A DNA stretch of 64,000 bases from Marsupella aquatica (taxonomy: Eukaryota > Plantae > Marchantiophyta), in NCBI GenBank assembly GCA_973895155.1, contig OZ316892.1, forward strand, positions 9,838,283-9,902,282. Reading direction: 5' to 3'. Both the position numbers and the translations under genes were made by a program. The notes under the pieces are model-generated. The model did no database searches and had not been told where the DNA came from. It saw only the letters and a program-made list of their open reading frames with translations. Positions 26,101-35,900 of the stretch are shown piece after piece. How positions within the stretch are numbered: the first letter of the stretch is position 1; each line of letters opens with the position of its first letter.

Positions 26101-29100
26101 AATTCGAACATTTAGTAAACTTAGCTTGAGATTTTTTTAGCTACCTAGGCCCTCAAATTGTTTGATTTATGACCTTAGGCCCTTGTCAGCGCAAATGGAG
26201 ACGGATACAGATCGACACCGTGCGGAATTTAAGTCCCGATCTTACAGATCGACATGCAACTCACTTAATTTTACGTATCCAAACCATCGATGGAATCAGA
26301 CAACTCACAGACTGACAATTTCATGGAAGGGGGAAGAGTCGGGAAGAAAACTCAAGGCCATAAATTAAACAAGTCTCCTGAAACTAACTTTTCCTACGTC
26401 TTGTCTGTAAATGTAGTTGGATTCAGAGTAGCTTCGGGCACCCATTCTCAGCGTTTTCGACATAAAGGGACAATTGTGCTCGTCAGATAGGGAACCCATC
26501 ACAACCTTTAGCGTAGAAAAGAGTAGGTGTGAGTTGTAAGAAGCATGCTGCCCAGAAAGCAGCTAACATACTCAAAGTGGCTGTTTTTGGGGTTCCCATA
26601 TTTTGACATCTCCGTTAAGGGCGTTAGCGTTTGCTGTGTATCATAATTGAAATGATTCATATGTAAACTGCTCGTGAAATTGTTTACGAATCTTCAGTGG
26701 AAACGATTTGTTCGATCATAAACTTAGGCCTCTCAAATTGAAAGAGCAGAATCACTTAAAGGGTTTGTGAATTACTCAAAATGTACGAAACATATTTGCC
26801 GAGCCCCGCGGTTGCCACAGTTGATTTGGAAGCTGCCCTATGGATTGCTTAAATTATGACGTTCCCGGAGTTAAGTCGCTAGTTGTTGTTACGCCTGAAT
26901 CCTGGGCCTGAATCTCGTTGACAAGCCTGTTATGATAATTTAAGAGGAGCATCCCAAACGAGATCCCAGATGATTCCTAACCCTTTAATCAAGTTCACGG
27001 TACTTACCGAGAGAGTCGAACTACAAATCGAAGATTGAAGCATAATTTTGCCCAGCAAGCACCTAGAATAGTCTAATGTGGACGTCGTTGAGTTCTGATA
27101 TTTACCTGGACATCTTTATTAAGGGCGCAAGCGGTTGCTGTGTATCACATCTGAGACAAAAAGTCATTCCGTTCTTGTACCTAAGATATAAAATTGTCTC
27201 GTCTGTTGTAATGGACAAATACATATGCAGGCGACAGAAGCTAAATCAAGATTATTACGTACTCTTGAACAAAAAAAAGCAGTTGTTGACCAAAACGTAC
27301 ATTAATCATATCCTTGGTCTTCACATAGTCACTGCTGTAGTAGTTCATTAAGATGCATAAACGCAGTTTGATTATCCTGAGGTATTCTGTTCCTCTGATA
27401 GTCTTAAGGCTAGGTAAGAAAAGATTTGAAGTTGTAAACTCTTGTACCGCAACTGACACAGGTGAAGTTCTAATCCGCTAGAAAAGTAGTGGTCGGAAAC
27501 AGAAAGGCAAGTACCGCAGTGAATTTTAGGAAGCATATTGCCCAGCAAGCAGCTAGCATACTGAATACGGATGCCTTCGATGGTGATCAATATGCTGACA
27601 TTGCCATTATATCATACATCCAGCAACTCATAGCTACTCTTCAAATGTTATATCAACGCATATTTTGTTTCAGTGGTCCAGGAGGTGTTCGGTTTTTTTC
27701 GTTAGGCCACCCATATAATTAAGGCTAGGAAATAGCAGAATGACATGGCCATTGAGGGCGCTAGCACTTGCTGTGCATCATACATCAAACAATTCATAGC
27801 TACTCTTGAAATGTTAGATCAATATAGGACATGAATGGTTAATTTGTTTCATTGGCCCAGGTCGGAGTTGTTCGGTTCATATCATTAATTAGGCCACCCA
27901 CATCAGGCTAGCTAGGAAAGAGCAGTTACAACGTTTCCAATAGCATATTGCCCAGCAAGCAGCTAGCATACTCAATGTGGATGCCGTTCACTAAATGGCA
28001 TCGCCATTAAGGGCGCTAGCTCTTGCTGTGCATTATACATCGAAAAAGGCATAGCCACAGTTGAGTGGTTTTATCAATTCTGAGAATGTTTTGAGTCAAA
28101 AGTGTTTTGTTCATATCCTTACTAGGCCACCCACAAGAGTAGGAAAGAGGAGTTTTCAATTCTACCAAGAATATTGCCCAGCAAGCAGCTAGCATACTCA
28201 ATGTGGATGCCTTTGGTTCCGAATGTGATGGCATCTCCATTAAGGGCGCTAGCGCTTGCTGTGCATCATACTTTACACAACTCAATAACCATCAGTCGTT
28301 GAATTACAGAATGAAAAACTAAAATCAAAGTGGTGGAAACCTAACCAGAGATTGAGTCGAAGTATGAATTGAACGAAGCATCTTGCCCAGCAAGCAGCTA
28401 GCACACTCAATGCTGACGTCGTTGAGTTCGGATAATTAGACATTTCCATTAAGGGCGCTAGTGCTTGCGGTGCATTATACCTGAGACAATTCATTTAGTT
28501 CTTGGACCTAAGACTTAAGACTCCCTGGTCTGTTGTGACTGATATGCTCTGATACATTAGACTGATATTGCATGCGACAGATGCATAATCAAATTAATTT
28601 GTTACGTATTCTTGATCAAAACAAATTGTTGACCCAAACCTAGCGAGAGATAGAGCTCAAGTGCAAATTACATGGAGCATATTGCCGAGCAAACAGCTAG
28701 CATACTCAATGTAGATGTTGCTGAGTTCCAATATCTAGGCGTGTTTATTAATGGAACTAGCGCATGCTGTGCATCGATCATACTTCATACAATTCATATC
28801 CTTCTTTCTAAATTTTTGACCTAGCCAGAACTGTGTAGTTTTTTGTACCAGTAGAAACAGGAGTGCAACGATATACTGTCTGAGACTCAGGAGTGACTTT
28901 CATTTTCAGATCAAGAACAGCAAATGAATATATTTACTCTGGATAAAATCAAAGCGTTGACCCAAACATAACCAGAGATTGATTCTGTCTACAAATCGAA
29001 AGAAGCATGTTGCCCAGCAAGCAGCTAGCATACTCAATGTGGATGTTGTAATTAATCATATGTAGATTATTTCCATTAAGGGCGCTAGCGCTTGCTGTGC

Positions 29101-32100
29101 ATCATGCCTCAGACAGTTCAAAAACCACGGTTGAATTACAGAAAGAAAACACGGAACTTAATCCCAGCTTGCAACCTAGACAATGATGCATAGTTTTGCT
29201 AATACAGTGAAAGTAAGGACTACCTAGGACACCCTCAAGAGTACAAAAGTCTGGTTGTGCATTGCGAGAAGTATACTGCCCAGCGGATTTCTCTCACGAC
29301 CAATTTTAGGACATCCCCATCAAGGGCGCTAGCTCTTCCTGTGCATCATACCTCAGATAATTCGTAAACCAGCTTGCAGCCTTGATTCTGAAAACATTCA
29401 AGGATACCCACTTAAAACAAGCACTTTAATTTGTGAACGGAGTCACAATTAATGTGTCCTACACAGACTCAGGTCCAAGACATGAGAGTAGAAAAGTGTG
29501 GTTGTGAGTTCTGTGAAGCACACTACCCAGCGAGCATACTCAAATAATGTGACTGTCATTAATTGCAGATTTCTTGAAATCTCCATTGAGGGCGCTATAT
29601 ATCTCTTGCTGTGCGAGCATACTATCGATCAGACAATTTATACACCATAAACCAGCCTTGATTCCAAAAAACAAGATTATGAACTAATACCTGTACTTTT
29701 GTTAAGACAGCGAAAAGGTGTTCTACATTTATTTGGGCCCCAAGCTTCAGAGCAGAAAAGAGTGATTGTAATTTATGAGAAATTAACATGCTGCCCAGCA
29801 AGCAGCTAGCATACTCAGTGTGGATATTATCGATGTTCTCGATATCTCCATTAAGGGCGCTAGCTATTGCTGTGCATCATGCCCCAGACTATTAATAAAA
29901 CCACTCTTTAAGTAAGCATTCATTTTACCCCCCAAATGTTTACCAGCTTATGACATGAGCTCTTTGTTGATGTAAAAGACAATGTGTAATACACTTCGTT
30001 AACGTAAAAAATAGTTTTGAATTGTGAGTAGCATATTGCCCAGGAAGTAGTTAGCATACTCAACGTGGATGTCTGTTAATTACTACCTTCATGACATTTC
30101 TATTAAGGGCGCTTACTAGCGCTTGCTGTGCATTATACTTCAGACAATTCAATCGTGAAAGCTTTCCTTGAAATGTTAGTCCCTTCACATGAGTGTTGTT
30201 GTACATGAGAAGGTGTAGTAAATGTACTCAGCCCCGCCCGAGAATAAAGGAAAGGTTGTGTATTGCTAGAAGCATACTACCCAGCAAGCAGCTAGCATAC
30301 TCAATGTGGATGTCTTTGATTACCAATATGATGACATGGCCATTAAGGGCTCTTGCTGTGTATCATACTCCATACATCTCACAATCCTCTTTAAAAAATT
30401 GTACTTTCAACCTTAGAAATAGTCAGAATGGGGAATGCATATATTCTTAATTATCGACTTAATGTGTCACCAGATAATGAGAATAAAAATATTAAACTTA
30501 TAGAGTTATTTGAATTGTACAAAGAAGATTGCTTAGCAAGCAGCTAGCAGACTCAATGTGGATGCCAACTAAGATGACATCCCCATAAAGATTGCTAGCA
30601 CTTGCTAAGCATTACACCTCCAATTTTGAATCAGTTTTGAATTATAAACTCATCATTAACAATTATAGATATTTGATGGCATCAAATTTATATATCACCC
30701 ATATATACTCAATTCTTCTCAAAATTTAGAGACATACTTCACAAATGAGAGTAGGTCGGAATTGTAGAAAGCACTATTGCCTAGCAAGCAGGTAGCATAC
30801 TCAATGCGAGACTCAATGTAGATGTCTACTTCATTGACATCCCAGAAAGGTCGCTACCTCTTGCTATGCATCAAGCTTCACAGTTCTCATGTACTCCTCT
30901 AAAATGCACAAGTTGAGAGTTGAAATGGAACATGTTGCCTAGCAAGCAGCTAGCATACTCAATGTGAATGTCTTTGTGCTCCTTAGTTCTTCCTGTAATC
31001 TGCCCTAGCTAGTCAGATCCATAAAATTGACATTCCCATCAAGGTTGCTAGCTTTTGCTATGCACCGAGCTTCATGTAGCCCATCAACTTCGTATTAGAA
31101 TTTTAACATGCATGTACGTAGTTACTATGAACAGTGAATTTTCTAAGAAATCAGAGTAACATATTGGATCCTAAACGTTAGCAAGCCGAGGGAAGGAAGA
31201 CAAAATCATTGGACCATGCAAGAATAGGAGGCCCCACACCAGTATTATTTACCTATTCCATGGACTTCCATCAAATCAGTGTTAATATATCCTGTCATAC
31301 TATACTACACTCAGATATTTGAACATTCCTTAGGTAGTTAGTATGAGAATCTTATCCACATTTCAACATACACTTTATCGTTAGTCTTGTTCGATCCCGT
31401 TAATCATGTGGAGCTGATTAAATTATCACTTGTTTGTACAGTCTGTATTTTTGCAGCAGCCAAGAAAAATAATACTGCGTGTATTATGCTGATGAGTCGC
31501 CTGAAGCTCATTTCCTAGAAACGAGCCAGCAGAATCATTTGGGACGTTTGTGGGCAATGGCAATCAAACAAGCAGCCGAAGTGCGCTTGAAATCGCCATT
31601 AATTAATGCTACTAGCTCGTGCTAAGAATCAAGCTAGTATTTCAGTCGCCTCTTCCACAGTGAAATAGAATGAATGTTAGATCGCAGTCTGATGCAGATG
31701 TGATCAGCGATTCGGCCCGCCAAGAACGAATTCGAGTCTAAAACGGGGAAAGAGTTCTGACTGCTTCATATATGTGACAACAAAATGGACGTGCTTGATG
31801 AAGAAGTGTTAGTGATCAAGGTGGGTATTCCTGCCACCAGCTGTAAACGTGACACCACTTTTACGATCACTGGCTCTTCCCATATACAATACCTAGTAAT
31901 TGCTCTATCGTGGTCACTTGAAATTGTTATCACAATTGGAAGTAATTCTAAACTGGAAAACTGAAAATCTCCACAACACGACGTGATCTTGTACGTAGCA
32001 GCTAGCTGCTCCCGGAAGAACATAACCAATCATGACATAGAAGTGAGTTGTAGTTTGTTACCTAGCAAGCAGCTAGCATATATACTCAATGCGATGCGAT

Positions 32101-34590
32101 GGTCTCAATCTGGACTTTACCGAATTAAGGCCGCTAGCGCTTGCTATGCACCAATTAAGCTTTGCGCACCTACCCTCAATATCTAAGCAATGTCACATTG
32201 GCAACGGAAACTATGTTTAGGGAAATAAATGACAATCAATGATATTCAGCTCTTGGATCATTCTCAGTTGGCGGGTATCTGGAGCTGGACTATGTCCTCG
32301 TAACAAGTTCCATAGGAATGCTGCTAATACCATATGAGGATCCTGCCTGACAAAGATCATGTACGTCACAGTAGGGTCCTATAGATCAGGAGCGACGGAA
32401 TATGGATTATTCGACAAATGCCTACCTGAGACCCTCTGAGGATCCTGGATCTACTTGATATTTCGGCCCTTGGAATCTCCCCTAGTTGCTGCAGAGGGAA
32501 CCTATTTCGCTCAGATCCCAGTATACTTCAACAACTATCGCCCTAAAGAATCCTTTGCTAGGTTTTTCCGTTCCGATGGAGGCCCCAGGGAATGCCTAGA
32601 TTCGACCTCTCTGTACTATCAAAACCGAAGACAGACAACGCTTCGTCATTATGACCTCATATCAGCTTAAGTTTTGAGTGGGAAGACGTTATTTTCCAGT
32701 TTCACAAAATTTTACGTATTTAACACACGTATCAACATTTCCCTCATCGCTTAAAATGAGTGAGGGAGATATATAATCAACTGTGAAGACCCCTGTCTGA
32801 CCAATGTTTTTGACAATGTCACCCGAGCAGTTCCCCTCTTGTTCATCTCCTATCAGCCACAGGAAGTACGACGTACAGTACGTGCTATGTACTCATCCAA
32901 ACACTAACCAGCGAGATGATACTAACACGGTGTTCCGGCTTCTGTCATTTCTCGAATAATCTTGTACTAATGGCCAGTCCTACAGAAGCTGCCCATAGAA
33001 TCAGTAGGATTAAGAATGCAGCTGGGAATTGTTCGAAGCATATTGCCCAGCAAGCAGCTAGCATACTCAATGCGGACGTCTGGGTTTATAATGACATTCT
33101 CATTAAGGGCGCTAGCTGTTGCTGTGCATCATTCGTCCAAAAATTCACATGATTCCACTCCTGACATTTCGATTTTTCTTATGTACACCTAGAATTAGGA
33201 ATCGAGCTGTAACTTGTTCAGAGCATACTCATTCTACTCATTGAAACACTAGACCTGCAGTGAGATGATACTAACACATTGCGCCGACTACTGTCATTTC
33301 TCGAATATAATCTCGTAACTTGGCCAGTCCTATAGAAGCTGCCCATAGAATCGGTAGGATTAAGAATGCAGCTGGGAATTGTTCGAAGCATATTGCCCAG
33401 CAAGCAGCTAGCATACTCAATGCGGACGTCTGGGTTTGTAATGACATTCTCATTAAGGGCGCTAGCTGTTGCTGTGCATCATTCGTTCAAAAATTCACAT
33501 GATCCCGCTCCTGACATTTCGATTTTTCTTCTATATACCTAGGATTAGGAATGGAGCTGTGAATTCTTCAAAGCGTACTGATTGTACTTATTGAAACACT
33601 AGACCTGCAGTGAGATGTTACCAACACATTGCGCCGACTACAGTCATTTCTCGAATATAATCTCGTAACTTGGCCAGTCCTATAGAAGCTGCGCATAGAA
33701 TCGGTAGGATTAAGAATGCAGCTGGGAACTGTTCGAAGCATATTGCCCAGCAAGCAGCTAGCATACTCAATGCGGACGTCTGAGTTTGTAATGACATTCT
33801 CATTAAGGGCGCTAGCTGTTGCTGTGCATCATTCTTCCAAAAATTCACATGATCCCGCTAGCTCCTGACATTTCGATTTTTCTTCTAGATAGCCTAGGAT
33901 TAGGAATGGAGCTGTGAGTTGTTCAAAGCGTACTCATTGTACTTATTGAAACACTAGACCTGCAGTGAGATGATACTAACACATTACGCCCTCTACAGTC
34001 ATTTCTCGAATAACCTCGTAATTTGGCCAGTTCTATAGAAGCTGTCCATAGAATGGGTAGGATTAATTAAAAAATGCAGCTGGGAATTGTTCGAAGCATA
34101 TTGCCCAGCAAGCAGCTAGCATACTCAATGCGGACGTCTGGGTTTGTAATGACATTCTCATTAAGGGAGCTAGCTGTTGCTGTGCATCATTCATCCAAAA
34201 ATTCACATGACACCACTCCTGACATTCCGATTTTACTTCTATATATATATAGCCTAGGATTAGGAATCGAGCGGTGAATAAACATACTCATTGTACTCAT
34301 TCAAACACTTGACCTGCAGTGAGAGCATACTAATATATTGCGCCGACTACAGTCCGTTTTTGAATATTCTTGTAATTTGACCAGTCCTATAGAAGCTGTC
34401 TATAGAATATATCCGTAGGATTAGCTAGGAATGGAACTGGGAATTATTCGAAGCATATTGCCCAGCAAGCAGCTAGCATACTCAATGCATGTGTCTATGG
34501 ACTTCTAATGACATTCTCATTAAGGGCGCTAGCTGTTGCTGTGCATCATTCCTCCAAAAATTTACATGATCGATCCCGGTCTGGACACTT
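23117..34590. ncRNA. Array of ~30 pre-miRNA-like hairpins (putative polycistronic MIRNA cluster)
   Basis: Unit consensus GAAGCATATTGCCCAGCAAGCAGCTAGCATACTCAATGYGGATGTC-[variable loop]-GACATYYCCATTAAGGGCGCTAGCKSTTGCTGTGCATCATWC; the two arms are reverse-complementary. Cores at about 23284, 23456, 23639, 23823, 24062, 25649, 26549, 27049, 27539, 27949, 28175, 28384, 28683, 29011, 29277, 29524, 29792, 30037, 30278, 30530, 30778, 30936, 32059, 33044, 33394, 33744, 34102 and 34459. Remnants at 23117, 26797, 27742 and 31565. Confidence 0.75.
23385..23955. repeat. ~184-bp tandem sub-array of hairpin units
   Basis: Cores at 23456, 23639 and 23823 (spacing 183-184) with conserved linker TGACATTTTGGTTGTACTTATATATCCTTAGGATTAGGAATGGAG. 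Confidence 0.93.
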
Positions 34591-34770
34591 CGATTTTACT
34601 TACATATCCTAAGGTTAGGATTAGGAATGGAGCTGTGAATTGTTCAAAGCAGACACATTCTACTCATTCAAACACTAGACCAGTGAGTGATATATACTAA
34701 TAGAGTGCGCCGACGTACTGCAGTCAACTCTCGAATAATCTTGTAATTTGGCCAGTGCCTTAGAATCTGT
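32895..34770. repeat. ~350-bp tandem sub-array (5 hairpin cores, each alternating with a second module)
   Basis: Cores at 33044, 33394, 33744, 34102 and 34459 (spacing 350, 350, 358, 357) with high identity across whole units. Confidence 0.95.
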
Positions 34771-35559
34771 CTTTCCCGACAGGTCACACCAGCAAGTTAA
34801 TTTAAATGTAAGAGAGATGGATGGTAGCTGATATGGTCTGACGGAGCATTGTAATTCAGAGCACCATATATATCTCCTCAACTACGTACATTCAATCTGC
34901 ATTTCCTCTCGACAATTCGACAATATAGTGATCTAACATGTCATTGGTCAGAGTATACTACTAACTGTGTTCACTGGCATCGATCCCAGACTTTCACTCG
35001 ATCCGGAATTTAGTCACGTTAGTGCGACATTGCAACTTCTAGAAGAGCACATGGCCGGTGAGCCCCAAGCCATACTTCCTTCACTCAAGGCTCTACAATA
35101 GAAAATCATTCTCAAGACTATTCAGTACGTGTATTCTCCCACGAAACGTACATGAGCACAACTCTGAGGTACCCATGCTTACTGTCAAGAAGGGTGTCTA
35201 TGGACCGGAATTGAAGTAGAGCTTTGCGTTTGCATTACATTACCTCCATCGAGAGTCCATCACCATACCTGCAGCAGAAATGTTGCCATCTGAGCTCCAG
35301 CCGCCACGAGAAACAGTCTCTCCGTGGCCAAGAACTCCCATAGGGCCTCTCTCCCAACCAAAGACTCGAATGGCGCTTCAATTCCACATCAGAGACTTTA
35401 AGAGCACATAAAACATGAACACTGTACCATTCCGAAACTAAAAGTGAACTTCGAGAGTCCTCTTTTTCCTTTCCGGAGACCCATGTAGAGTGAGACGCAC
35501 GTACGAAGACAGGTTAACTGGATCCGAATCGTGGTTAGGATGGAAAGAGAGACGTAAAG

Positions 35560-35900
35560 AGAGGAGCGTGCGGTGTTTCGTTTGTGTGGCGACTCGAAAT
35601 CCGAAGGCCGATGGGAGTACGGGACGTGAGTGAAAGGGAATGGGATGACGAATGGGAGTCCGGGCGATCCTGTTTTATAGTCGCCGTAGGCGGCCCGGCG
35701 CTGGGGTCCGTAGGACCGACGTTGACGGCGTGCCGTCCGGAGAAGTCTGTGCAATTGCTTGACTCTGCCCTACTGGGGAACGCGCCCCCGCGCGCCATCT
35801 GTCAGTTTAGAGGCCCTACATCTCAGGGTCGCGCCTTTTGCAGTGGGCACCCTCCAAAACAACAAAGGGCCGCTATGAAGTGGGAATTTTGTTTCTCTTC
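35560..35900 (-). promoter_or_regulatory. Candidate Pol II core promoter firing leftward toward the hairpin array
   Basis: Minus-strand CTATAAAA at 35680-35673 and Inr-like TCA about 33 nt downstream (~35646). A CT-rich tract follows and a GC-rich island lies upstream; no long ORF follows. Confidence 0.55.

Noticed and set aside
23583-34277. Repeated small ORFs (KHIAQQAASILNADV; ALSMLAACWAICF) as a peptide gene family
   Set aside because: Starts, stops and frames are not conserved between units, loop indels are not consistently multiples of three, and conservation follows base pairing rather than codons.
23117-34590. CRISPR-like repeat-spacer array
   Set aside because: Eukaryotic context, no cas genes, degenerate ~100-170-nt fold-back units, and irregular spacers that are partly related to each other.
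23284-34590. snoRNA cluster or MITE array as the explanation of the units
   Set aside because: No conserved C (RUGAUGA) and D (CUGA) or H/ACA boxes at unit ends. No TSDs, strict head-to-tail orientation, and conservation peaking mid-stem rather than at the termini.
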